Origin: Batkoa obscura | Lineage: Eukaryota | DNA: 64,000 nt | Assembly (NCBI GenBank): GCA_030770535.1 | Contig: JASVEC010000010.1 | Span: forward strand, 496,001-560,000 | Direction of reading: 5' to 3' | Part shown: one piece after another, positions 52,148 to 64,000 of the stretch | How the letters are laid out: each line of letters opens with the position of its first letter | Numbering within the stretch: position 1 is the first letter of the stretch | Position numbers and translations under genes: made by a program | Notes under the pieces: model-generated | The model's input: only the letters and a program-made list of their open reading frames with translations | What the model was told of the DNA's origin: nothing | Database searches by the model: none

Positions 52148-54176
52148 TTTGTCACAGTTAAAATAATGTTTTTAATGTTATTTGGTCAACAAATAATTAT
52201 AATAAATATTACTAAAGTTGAATTTCCTTTTTATATTACTTTTAGCTTCCCGAATGTCCATCGTATAACATAATCCAATTAATTACAATCTATATTGATA
52301 AGTTCCATTTGTATCCTTAATAGATCATAAGTTAGGGGTATGTTCCTGTAAAATAAATTAACATAGTATAGTGGTAGCTTCATAATATATTAAAGTCCTA
52401 CTTAAGTAATGAAATTAGGTTTTAGTTATTAGAATGATAGCTTTTTCGATATATTAAAAATTATCATTAATCTCCTAATATGGTATTTTAAAATATGAAA
52501 AAGTTTTTTCTCTTTTTTATTTTATGATTTTTAAGCTTAAGATTTAACAAATTTTCAGTTAATAATTAAGTAGATATAAATATTTAGCTTTTATTATCTT
52601 GGATTTAGTTGATTTCAAATCCTAGAATGTTTCTGCAATTTAATTCTACAGCAAGGCAATAGTATGATTATCTTTACCATCCATGGATCGAATAATGGAG
52701 GCATCAAGGTTTTTGAAACCTTGAAAGACTTAGAGGCCCTTAAGTGTTTTATATAGGAAAGTAAAAATTAGTGAAATAAGAATAAAGACGATAACGTTTA
52801 GATGCAAGGTAAATAAGGATAAGGATATTAAATGCGATATAAAAACTGGGAGATTGAATAAAGGGAATCTAATTTAACAATATTAGTTTTAGACGGGATC
52901 ACTATGCACTTGGTTGTTTTATGCCCCACATTGTACAAATTAGTCTAGCTATGAAGTAGACGATAACGATATTAGGTGGGATAAGAGCCTTGCTAGTTTT
53001 ATTTTGAGAGTAATAAGATGAAATTGACTAAACTATAGCAATTAAAGTCAAAACTTGTAAAAAAGTCGGGAATGAAGTAATTGAAGGAAGAACGGGCGAT
53101 GGACATCAAGTTTGAAAAACGAAAAATAAACCATTTTAATAGCGTGTCATATAACCATTAGTAACTTTCTTTACAATAATTTTCACTTTGTAAAAATAAG
53201 TGAATTTTTAAGGTATAAAACATACTGTTCCTAAAATGGTATGTTTGCCTAATTCCAAAACAATATTAAAATTTGTATGTATTAATTTTTTAAAGAATTG
53301 TTATTTCCAAATCAACACTTTTTCATAGATGCTCATATAAAAACAAAGCTTTAGGGCGTCAGTTTTTGTGCCCCTTGAATCTAGAATGACTATTAATAGC
53401 AGAGCCATTATGTTTGCTCTATAAGTATAAAAATCAAGTATATTATTATAGCTGATTTGATAGATACTATCGTTTATTTTATTGTATATTTAAGCTTATG
53501 GTTTACTCTATGGCCTTATATTCTTAGATTAAACTTTAAATTTTCAAAATACTCATTGTAACTGCTTTGTAACAAATTACTCTTACCGAAGGTAATAAAT
53601 AAGGTGTATAATACAAAGTAATCATGTGTGTATTTTAAATATCTGTTTTAACTATACGAGACTCTGGATATCTAAAAAACTGTAACATCGATTTCATTAT
53701 GTTAATCCAATGAACCTTGGATATTGTTTATCCACAATTCTACCAATACATTTAATACATTGTACAACCTAAAAGGCGCAGTTGTCACCTTAGAGAATTT
53801 TTCAAATAAAAAGTAGTACTTAAATTAATATAAAATATTTTGAGAGCTAAAAGTACTATAAACAAAAGTACTTATTAGATGTCTTACTTCAATATTGTTA
53901 GTTGTATAGAAATATTGGATATCAATCAAAGAGAAAAGTTCATCTATAGACGTACAAATTATTAAAGTACTATTTTTGTTTTTAATAGATGACTTATACT
54001 ATTCATAGCTTTGATACCTGGCTTTGTAAACTGATTTACATTATAAACAAAGACTTGTCAACTAAACTATTAAAAATAGGCTGTTTATTAAGTTTCTAAT
54101 GCATGCATTTTAAAAATTATATTATTTATTATACTAACGTTAATTAAAAGAAGGAACGGAGACCGATTAACTTTGT

Positions 54177-55817
54177 CTAATCTTCGTCTTGATGTAACAA
54201 ACCATGTTCATCACTCTCTTTTGGTCTTTTAAGAGCTTTAAGCTTATGGATAGTAAGCGGTTTACCTTTGGTAATTGATCTTTTCTTGATCCACCAAGCC
54301 AGAAAAGCACTTAATCCAATCAACAATAATACCCCAAAAGTAATTCCAAGGATGCCACCAACTCCAAAAGAGTTGTTTTTAACTGTTTTGTCTATCGGAT
54401 CCTCACCAGTTAGCTCATAATTTTCATATTGGATTGTTCTGTCATCTACAAATTTTTTGATCCCGTTCTTATAAACTTTACAGCCATCACCATTCTCAAA
54501 GCTTATTGATGGATAACTTGGCTTAGCACATTGATCTTTTGTTAAAGTTTTGGGTGTTTCCAAATTACACAAATTTGCTAACCATGTCGTTTTATATGTA
54601 CTATTATACATAGGATATTGGGTAGCAATAAAATCTGATAAATTAGTAATTAATATATATATTGATATAATTACATACCTCGAATCACAAGGTCCGGCCT
54701 TACGATGCCACTTTCCTCAAAGTCTAAATTCCCATTTTCGTTAACCAATTTTGTAATTGAAAATAATTTTTTCTGATTTAAAAACTTAAAATCATGCTCT
54801 TCGTTTGGATCAATTTTAGCTAGTTTTTTCCATGACTTTAATGCAGCAGGGGATTCTTTGGGGAATTCTGTAATGTCTATGATAACATCACAATATTTAA
54901 TTTGATTTTTGAATTGTTGAACATCTTGAAATTCTCTACTGAGGCCTTCTTCAACATTCACAGGAAGCCCTCCAGAACTTCGGATTAAATTATTATAATA
55001 TTCATTTTTTAAAATTTCCCATGTACCTTTATCATTCCCTAGATAAGTATATTTAGTTATAGCAATATATTTTTTGTCTTTGATTTTTTCTAAATTATGT
55101 TGATGGCAATTATAACTTGTGAGCGTGCTATTATACTTGTCTTCAACATATTTTTCTAAATTGAAGAATGAAGCAACAAATTTCAGCCAAATTAATTTTT
55201 TCATTGGTGTTAGATCTTTTCCTTCATAGCTTAACGTTACTTTTTTGCCATCGAGTTGAACATCTGTGTGGCTATCAGTTCCTTTTTGTGCATCCTCAAA
55301 TAAAATTTCAACTGAATCATCAACTTCTTTAATGTCTTTAATATTTCCTTGTGCAATTCCATCAATAGCGCATGGGGTTGTATAACTTTCCAAATCTGAA
55401 GCATATATGGTTGTTTTATTTAAATTCAGCTGTTGTAACAAAGCCATACCAACTCTTGATTTTGTTGCTATTTTACTTAAAGGTATCTCTACCCATATAT
55501 ATGGTTTCACATTATTAGGTGGGTTCTCGGGTATCCGGGTACCTTTACAATATAACCCAATTTCTTGATTAGTAAATTTGTTAGTGATTACTTTATATTT
55601 AGAGTAATAATCGATATTGAAATTAGCATATTGGCCAACTAAAATAACATGTAAATATTTAATCATGAAGTATTTTTTAGTTTAACTTACATCCATATCC
55701 CTCATAAAGTATGCCTCCACGGGTCTTTCTAAAGGGATCGCTATCATCCAAATCACAATCTAACTGTCCTTTATATATACTTACTGAAGTTAACAATAAT
55801 AAAAATAATTTTAACAT
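54177..55817 (-). CDS. Membrane-anchored periplasmic-binding-protein-like protein; exons 55817-55691, 55638-54679, 54634-54177
   Basis: Signal peptide; YKVITN, P.KKLIWLKFVASFFNLE and DFEESGIVRPDLVIRD; C-terminal TM helix and basic tail. Confidence 0.7.
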
Positions 55818-56613
55818 CTTTTTTGTAAAAGAGTAAAGAAATTTTTATTTATCGAAAATTTTAACCTCATTTATAAATGAAGGAACAAATTGATCCAATA
55901 ATATATCGTTTATTTTGGAACACTCAAGCTATCACCCCACCAAAATATTTTATTTTAGCTGTTTATCAAATTTTGCTAGATAATTCTTATTTTTTAAGAA
56001 TATCAATTTTTTAATTTTTAAATAAAATCTGGGTTTTAATTACACTTGTTAATTAACATTACCTTATCTCCCTTATAATATTCCTCTTTTTCATTACTGT
56101 TTATACCATTAAATATGTTTTATATGAACAAAAAGAGTAAATACATATTAGTAAGGGACTTTTTCATTAAGACAAGTATCTAAAATAAGTCAAGCTGAAC
56201 TTATTATTAAATAATTTGTGCTATAAAATTTCGGGAAGATTGTTTATTTCTATATTTATCTAATTTTCCCTAAAATAAAATATAGATAAACTGTGAAAAA
56301 ATATAAAAGATATATATCTTTGAATACTTGGAGGCATACTAAGGACATGTATCAATCTACATTATATTTGTCATCATACTCAATGATCAAGGGTGAAAAC
56401 AAGTAAAAATTAAAAATGTTGCTTATGAGAATAAGTTTAGTAGAATTTTACCAAAACAAGAATAAATGAAACCCGTATTTATAGCGGATTCTATTGGATT
56501 AATTGTTGTACTATTGAATCAATGGTTGTCATGTTTTAAATTATTTATATAAAAAATGGAGTGAATCTTTTTATATTAGATCAAGCAAAATTATAAAACA
56601 AAGGGGCAGCTAA

Positions 56614-58155
56614 ATGATGCGAATCATCAGTTATAAAACGCAAAAGCGAGATAAAAGAAGTAATGCTATCAAGGAAGATAAACTGAAGAATAATAATATA
56701 GCTACTAAGAAAAACTATCAAGTTCGATTTATTAACGACTTTATTGAATATATGCCAGAAAAAATTGTGATTTCAACAACACAATTTGATATATTAAAGA
56801 GTTTAATGAAAAAGCAATTGCTTCAATATTCTGTAGGTGTACATATGGACAACTTATTAAGTGTATTACAATACCCAAATAAAAATAGCATGAACAAAGG
56901 ATTGAAATTGTTCAAATATATTATGGAAAATTTAAATAGTTATCAAAGTGGATTTAAGACTAATAATGCACTAGCAAATAATAAAGTTAATAAAGATTTT
57001 TTTAATTTAATATTGAGATCATTTCGGGAAAATGCATGTAAACTCTTCAATATATTTTATAGAAAAAAGTTTTACTTTGATCAACTAAATCTGAAATTAA
57101 GACTAGCAGTTTTAGCTTGTGGTTTAGTTTGGTTACCTAATACTGATTTAGTAACTCAATTCTTAAATAAAGTAAATCACCATCTTGGTGTGTATTTTAA
57201 GAAACCTAGTGACATTCCTATCTCATTTTCTAGCTTACAGACAATCACACTTATTCTGACACATCTTAGAGGTTGTACATGGACATATGGTAAGCGTATT
57301 ATGTTAACTATAATTGGTAAAAGAATCATAGGAATCATGGGATTAAACAGAGTATATAATTGCAATTATAAACTATCCATCGAGAGAAAATTATTGTATT
57401 CTGCATTTATTTTTAACTCTGCATGTAGTTCAATATCACAGTTCACTTCAACAACTTTACCATTTAAATTAATAAAACCGGAATATAGTCTTAATTCCAA
57501 TATCTCAAAATTAAGCCTAATAGATATTCATTGCTTAACTGATTTATTCTTAGCTGATTTATTTATTCAACTTTCGGATAGCATAATTACCTTATCAAAC
57601 ATTCAACAACTGCTTATAATCGCACCAGAAGAACACATTAATAATCTAAACCATGCCACAAAATTAAAAGAAGGGCTAAATCAATTTTTACAAACTATTA
57701 TAATCAAATCAAATAAGCTGAAATTAATACCTAATGCACCATCAGAAAGGATAGATGATATTTTGATGTTTTTTAAATGTTTCTTTTCATTTATTGATTT
57801 TTATGTACTTTCTTTCAACTTTTATCATTATGATGACCTAATTGATAATAATGACCCAAAGATCAAAAAGTTAGTATATGAAGCCTTAATTAAATGCTAC
57901 GATACAATCAATTATTTTATTGAGTTGAAACCAGAATGTTTAATTAGTGATACACTTCCATTTGTTGTTAGATGTGTTATATTTTTAATAAGACATTTAA
58001 AGTTTGATAATAAGAGAAAGAAAGATTATTCAAATCTTTTAAGAAAAAGCATTCAAAAAATTTCCTCCTTAAGTGATTTCCCGTCTTTTAATATGACAAT
58101 TGTACTTAATTTGAAAACAATTAACCTCGTTAATGATTTTATAAACGATTCTTAG
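56614..58155 (+). CDS. Zn2Cys6-family-like protein lacking the zinc cluster
   Basis: 513-aa ORF colinearly similar to the 37670-39502 protein outside its DNA-binding domain. Confidence 0.7.
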   Translation: MMRIISYKTQKRDKRSNAIKEDKLKNNNIATKKNYQVRFINDFIEYMPEKIVISTTQFDILKSLMKKQLLQYSVGVHMDNLLSVLQYPNKNSMNKGLKLFKYIMENLNSYQSGFKTNNALANNKVNKDFFNLILRSFRENACKLFNIFYRKKFYFDQLNLKLRLAVLACGLVWLPNTDLVTQFLNKVNHHLGVYFKKPSDIPISFSSLQTITLILTHLRGCTWTYGKRIMLTIIGKRIIGIMGLNRVYNCNYKLSIERKLLYSAFIFNSACSSISQFTSTTLPFKLIKPEYSLNSNISKLSLIDIHCLTDLFLADLFIQLSDSIITLSNIQQLLIIAPEEHINNLNHATKLKEGLNQFLQTIIIKSNKLKLIPNAPSERIDDILMFFKCFFSFIDFYVLSFNFYHYDDLIDNNDPKIKKLVYEALIKCYDTINYFIELKPECLISDTLPFVVRCVIFLIRHLKFDNKRKKDYSNLLRKSIQKISSLSDFPSFNMTIVLNLKTINLVNDFINDS

Positions 58156-59505
58156 GTTAATAGAAGCAATATTATTATCAAATCAAAAGAACTTTATTAA
58201 TCTTTATACCTGAAGACATTGGTTTTATTTGATAAAAAGATTAAATCATTACAATTAAATTTGAGCTCTGATTACTAGGTTTTTTATCTTTATATCTGAT
58301 TTTAACGTAACAATTTTATAATACCATCCTTTTCTAATCGCCAATCAGTTAACCAAGTAACATTAAATCTTAACTGGGATAGTGTTAGTATCCATCGATC
58401 CTTTAAGTAACTTATATTTTCTTGACCTTGAAAGGTAAAAACCCCAAGCGTTTTATTTAAATAATAAAATTAATTTAATATCATTAACCTTCCAATTGCC
58501 ATTATTATATTTGTAATCTAAAAATTATTGTATTAACTAATTAAATTTATTTTAATCAAATTGTTCAAATTCCTTCCTCCTCCCTTGAATTTATTTTGAA
58601 AGATCTTAAACTCACCTTTTCTACCTGCCTTGTTGGATCTATCCTATGGACAATCTACTGTTCATATTGTAAGTACTTTGTTAGAACAGCTGGCGACAAT
58701 TTATTTTTATTATATCTGAGTATAAAATAAAAAATTGAGTAGTATGGTAATCTGTCATGAGGGATCAAAAGGCTTGACTCTAAGGCCCTAGATAAATGAC
58801 CCTCTGATCTTTTCCATAACTTACTTAATAAACTACTTGCCTTTAAAAGTCAAAAAATTTTAAACAAATAATTCTATGAAGTTTTAGAACTTTTTGAACC
58901 CTTTTTTAGTTTACTAATTTATATAAATGACTTGGTTGATTTAAAATAAAGAAAATTCAAAGATAGGAAAAAGTTACATGATAAAGAGCAAGAGCCTTAT
59001 TATGAACTAGGCTGAGATGGGATAAGTTTAACTAAATTTCCTTAGTTAATTTATTGGAAGATTATATACTGATTTTTACAAGGTTTTGTACACCAATAAA
59101 TGAACAGGACTTCGGTTAGGAGTAGTTGTTTTCATTTCAGCATTATTACAGTTGCATGTGGGGAAACTTGAAAATAGATCTATAGGAGAGCTTGTTGAAA
59201 CTTTAATGTATTACTTGAATAATACAAAAATCTACAAAAGTTGCTAAAAATTATTAAGTTTCTGGAAAGAAATTTTATAAAGCATAAAAAGGTTACACAA
59301 TATTTAAAGCAAACAAACAAGTGTGTCAGAGATTTTGTGTGATAGCACAAGAAATAAAATTATATTCCCTTTAGCTTTTTATAATTACCTATATCTTTAA
59401 TTCAATTTTCGAAAAAGACAAGTCCCAAATAATTAATTAACTAAAGGTGAATATATATATGTGTCAGATGAACTATGTATAAAAAGAAATGCTTAGATAA
59501 CATTT

Positions 59506-59604
59506 GGGGATGTATTTTTGTATTTAAGAATTTTACCAACAAATTTTCCACTTAAATAGCGCTTAAGAAATGGAAAAAATAATGAAGTCAAAAAAAACAC
59601 TCCC
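59506..59604. mobile_element. MITE family A copy 16
   Basis: GGGG..TCCC ends, ATTT duplicated. Confidence 0.9.
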
Positions 59605-59771
59605 ATTTAATAACTCAAACTCAATACCATCAGCTTTTAACTAAGTTAATCAAAACCCAATCCTTTTTATTTTTTAATTTATGAAGACTAGAAAATACAT
59701 AGAATAGAGAAACAGTAGCTGGAGAGAGCAAAGAGAAATTATAAGCAGAAAATTTAGAATAAGAAGGATAT

Positions 59772-59867
59772 GGAGCTACGTTTTTGTGTTTAAGAATTTT
59801 ACTAACAATCTTTCCACTCAAACAGCGCTTAAAAGATAGAAAAAAATGAAGCCAAAAAAACACTCCC
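59772..59867. mobile_element. MITE family A copy 17
   Basis: Consensus body, ATAT duplicated. Confidence 0.85.
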
Positions 59868-60481
59868 ATATGTAGCAAAAGATTAGTTGAAATAGTCAAA
59901 AATTTGGTAAGATAGGAGAAGTGAAAGGGATCTATTAGTAAAATTCATTTTTTTAAATATTTTTAATAATAATTTTAAGTTAGAGTGATTATTTGTTTTT
60001 ACTTTAAATTATTAATTATCTATCCTTATATAAAATAATTTTAGTTATTAAATGCACTTAAAAATATTCAGGTTGTGTAAACAAAGATATAGAACCATAG
60101 CCCACCAATTTGCTCACTCGATCTGGAATCGAGAACTTTATATAACACACGGTAGCCTAAACAAATGGCATTAACTTTTCAATCACCTCTTTTTACTTTT
60201 ATTAAAAATTTGTTATTAATAATATTGATACCCATCTCATTATTTATCACCGATTGAATTTGAAAGCTTATTTATAACTATTTCGATTAGCTTAACTATA
60301 ACTCAAAGAAACAATGAACACGCCCTCCTCTACTGAAAAATTTTGATAACAGATTTTCGATTTAATAATAGTCGAAGAAGGATAAAATAAAGAGATCAAA
60401 AGACACTCAAATGTTACCCTTGGTAACTATTTTAACTCAATAGTGCTACTCCCGTTTCAGTCCAATTTTCATTTAACATCT

Positions 60482-60578
60482 GGGGATGTGTTTTTTTGTT
60501 TAAGAATTTTGCTACAATCTTTCCACTCAAATAGCGCTTAAAAAATGGAAAAATAATGAAACTAAAAAAAACAGCCCC
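60482..60578. mobile_element. MITE family A copy 18
   Basis: GGGG..CCCC ends; flanks ATCT/AATCT. Confidence 0.9.
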
Positions 60579-62863
60579 AATCTTATAAACTCAAAAGTTC
60601 TTTTAAAAGTTTGAAATTTCTCATTTCTTTCTCTTTGAGTCTAAAGGTATTGATAATATATTATTATTCTATGTTAATACTACAAGGTCACATCCTCATT
60701 ATCGCTCTTTTGAAGTTTGATGTTATTATCAAGGCTCTATTTTGCTTTGTTGTAATTTTTATTATATTTAAATAGTGCCCATAATGGATAAAGGTAATAT
60801 AAAAAACTTAGAAAGTTGTCCAAAAATAAAAAATAATTCATTCAATTGAAAGTTAAACTTTATTGATTATATATTAAAAAATAGCTTATTTATTTGTATA
60901 AAACCAGTAAAATAAAACGATCTTATTTTCTTTTAAAAACATTAATAAATATATATAAAACAATCAAAAAATTCAATGATTAAATTTTTGTATTACTCTA
61001 CTATTATTGCTAACGTCATAACTAAAATGACATTTGAAAGACGGATACAGTCATAGCCATTTTTCATTCATAGAATAAAAATTACAATGCAACCTAATAT
61101 TGAGAGGATTTATGAGCTATTGCAGAAGTAGGGTGTAACTAAATTAATGCGGGAAATTCTTAAGCTTGTATGAAAATGAATAAAATTCAAGTGGCTTCAT
61201 GCTTTAGATAAAAAGTAAGATTTTTGTTTACTAAGGTTCTTAGTTAGATACTATAAACCCATTAACTTTATTATTGTTCCTTTATAAAGATTGTCATTAG
61301 TCAAAAATACCAGGTTTTGAATTAATTAAGGCAAATAAAGTAACTAAAAAGTAAATAAAGTTTATGATAAAGTTTATAGATTTGTATATTAATCACATCA
61401 ATATTTTTTGGTTATTTATTTATTTATTATTGTTTTAATCTACTTCTCCGTAAAAAGTGATTAAACATTATATGTAAGTAACTTATATTACAAATTAATT
61501 TGAAACTATCCCTTTTTGATTAGTCAATAAACTCAAAATACTAGATAAATCTAAAATTCATTTTTTTTTCAATAGGCATATACTCTTTTCTTTCAATAAG
61601 TAGTTTCTAAACTAACTATTACTACTATAAAAACACTTAAATTTATATATATGATAATACCGTTCTATCTTTATATATGCTAAAACCTAGTAGAACCTTT
61701 AAAAATTAAATTTTAATATTCAAAATAAATCTAGAAAAAAAAACAAAATAATTCTATATAGAAAATTTTAAAAATTTTATTAGCGATATATCTACTTTGT
61801 GAATTAATAATATTAATAATTGGGCAAAAAAATATAAAAATAAACAGCATTTGGCTTAAAATAACATTTTTAGTGGTAATATGACTTCACGAAGGTGGAA
61901 AATAGAAATCTGATTGGTGCTTTAGAATTAGGGATACAAAATGTTATCTTAAAAATGTTTATAAGTTGGAACTAATCGATGATGAGAAAAGTTTTAAGCT
62001 AGAAAAAAACCTTAAAAATAGAAATATACGTTAGTTATCTATAATTAGTTTAAAACCTAATCTATTTTAACTTCAAATAGACTATATAATTGATCTATTA
62101 CAAAGCCACTTTTATTGAAATATTCAAATAGATTAACTTCATTTATGTGCGGAAAAGCCTGATAATCTTAAAGAAGAACTGGTTGTATTTTTAAATCTAT
62201 AAATTATCTTTTCCTTAAAAATTAATCCAAACAATTGGTGCATCGAAAAGAAAACTATGCCATTGTTGATTATTAAGGTACAACAAAGTTACTATCAGTA
62301 ATTTGATTTCAACATCGATTGGGCATTTTCAAGTTCGTAGTCCTTAAGTTTATCCATAAGGATATTTTCTATTTTTATATTGAATAAATACGAAATTAGA
62401 ATGCCCAACTTCATGTTTAAAAAAATTGATAATATATTATCCACGAATTAAATTACTACCTTCTATCTATCGTCAAATTAAAATGGGTTTACTTTTTAAA
62501 ACAATATTTGATTAGTGGAAATAATTTTCTACCGGTTCGATAAATCAGCTGTTGTTTTCTTAAATAGTTCAAGTTCTAGATATAGTACTAAGTCTTTTAA
62601 CTTGGGAACCATTATTTTTCAAAAAGCCAGTGAAATTGGCTTACCAAGTTAACTCATGAATTTTCTAATAATTTTCGAATGATAATTAGCCAATAAGATA
62701 AACTTTTGAATAGAAATTGGAACTTTATTCTTAAATATTGTACCAATATTATCATTTGTAACTAATCATAATATTTGATTGTTAAAAATAAAAACATAAT
62801 TTTTTATTTTGTTAATTTTTATTTCAATTACTTTTTTATCCTTTTTTTATTATTAAAAATATT

Positions 62864-64000
62864 ATGAGTACTTATATGTCCAGCAAAAACGAAAATTTAG
62901 ATCCATTACCAAGTAATGAAGATAATAATGATTCCGATTATCGAAACGGAAGACGATCCAGAGCGAGTCGGGAACAAGTAGCTATCTTAGAAGAATCATT
63001 TAAAAGTAATAATCAACCTAGTGCTAAAGCACGCGAATTATTAGCTAAAAAATTAAATATGCCAGAACGCACGGTTCAAATTTGGTTTCAAAATCGACGA
63101 GCAAAAATCAAATTAGGTCAACGTAAACATCATTTAGCTTTAAAAGAAGAAGCTTTACGTCAACATTGTTTAGCTGCCTATTCAGGTAGACCTTCTGTTT
63201 TACCTCCTCAATTAGTTAGACCTGGTTTAACTCCAGATTTACAAGCAGTTAGTGCTTTCCCTAATGCTTCCTCCCCAATGGTTAACAATGCCAACTTTTC
63301 CCCTTATCCAGCTAGTTCCCCTTTCTTCACCAATCAACCTACTTTCAATGGTAATTATTCATCAAATTTCTCTACCCCTGTTGTTAATACTATACCCGTA
63401 TTCGAAGATAATAGTCAATTTAATAATAGTAATAATACCAATGAAACGAGCAACACATTAAATAAAAATAATAATATTTTTCAATGTTCTATATTGACTA
63501 TAGGTACATGGCGAAGAATGCCCTTAGGTAATGATGAATTGGTATGTAGTTATAGTATTGAAACAAATCAAATGGCATGGGTGATTGGGGATAAAATGGC
63601 TAAATTTCGTATTTGTTTCCCATTTTCTTCGATTAAAAATATGACGTTAGCATTTATTGATGCTATCTATGCTGAATTAAGTATTGAGATTAATGGACCA
63701 CCTTCGTTTTCAACACTTAATAAAGATAAGGTTTGGTCGCCCTGTGGTGATTTTACGGAAAATCATCAAGCTAGCGTTAATCATAAACATGTGATTACTG
63801 GTGATGCTCAAAGTTTAAGAGTTCAATTATTAAAGTTATTAGAATTATCTTCTAGATTACAAAACATTACTGAAATCAAACAAACAGGACCAAGTAATAA
63901 TAATAGTAATACAAATAATCCAGGTAATTTAGCCCATAATATAACTAATAATAATCATCCTTATCAAACACCTACTCAAGAGAAAGTAATTCAATTTCCA
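62864..64000 (+). CDS. Pho2-like homeodomain transcription factor (runs off the window end; absent from the ORF track)
   Basis: RRSRASREQVAILEESF..RTVQIWFQNRRAK, then in-frame LTIGTWRR..PPSF..W.PCGDFTE.QAS second domain. Confidence 0.88.
   Translation, partial: MSTYMSSKNENLDPLPSNEDNNDSDYRNGRRSRASREQVAILEESFKSNNQPSAKARELLAKKLNMPERTVQIWFQNRRAKIKLGQRKHHLALKEEALRQHCLAAYSGRPSVLPPQLVRPGLTPDLQAVSAFPNASSPMVNNANFSPYPASSPFFTNQPTFNGNYSSNFSTPVVNTIPVFEDNSQFNNSNNTNETSNTLNKNNNIFQCSILTIGTWRRMPLGNDELVCSYSIETNQMAWVIGDKMAKFRICFPFSSIKNMTLAFIDAIYAELSIEINGPPSFSTLNKDKVWSPCGDFTENHQASVNHKHVITGDAQSLRVQLLKLLELSSRLQNITEIKQTGPSNNNSNTNNPGNLAHNITNNNHPYQTPTQEKVIQFP

Noticed and set aside
52680..53130. Fragment TMHLVVLCP resembling a non-LTR zinc-finger motif
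   Set aside because: Single short match with no upstream CxxC or RT context.
58600..59350. LIYINDL and GSILWTIY fragments suggesting a non-LTR reverse transcriptase relic
   Set aside because: No YADD follows and the fragments are out of the expected order.
3148..60578. The ~97-bp repeats as CRISPR repeats, SINEs or ncRNA genes
   Set aside because: They are dispersed in both orientations with TIRs and TSDs, and show no spacers, Pol III boxes or tails.

Overview
Very AT-rich eukaryotic DNA with many short (~45-70 nt) introns. The gene content (Zn2Cys6 factors, intronless rhodopsin-like GPCR, F-box/LRR relics) points to an early-diverging fungus, probably Entomophthoromycotina (Conidiobolus-like); this placement is an inference. 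The window holds about 19 protein genes: a partial GPCR, a PX/DUF3818 protein, a DUF4449/LEA-like protein, an S9A peptidase, RPL6, RPL2, SNX3, PP5/PPT1, a VAC7-like gene, two SDRs, FAH, a DCAF11-like WD40 gene, two Zn2Cys6-family genes, a GPCR, a CAP protein, a periplasmic-binding-like membrane protein, a hypothetical gene and a partial Pho2-like homeodomain gene missed by the ORF track. It also has tRNA-Val(AAC), a decayed Tc1 transposase and two F-box/LRR pseudogenes. Highlights: (1) a textbook U12-type AT-AC minor intron in PP5; (2) two inverted SDR copies with apparently identical CDS but strongly diverged flanks, suggesting gene conversion, around a 15.5-kb segment; (3) an 18-copy ~97-bp MITE family with GGGG..CCCC ends and mostly AWWT 4-bp target duplications (Sola-like), plus a longer relative in a four-level transposon nest; (4) bacterial-type CAP and SDR genes; (5) a motif shared by the 5'-UTR introns of both ribosomal protein genes. 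All alignments and splice models were made by eye.
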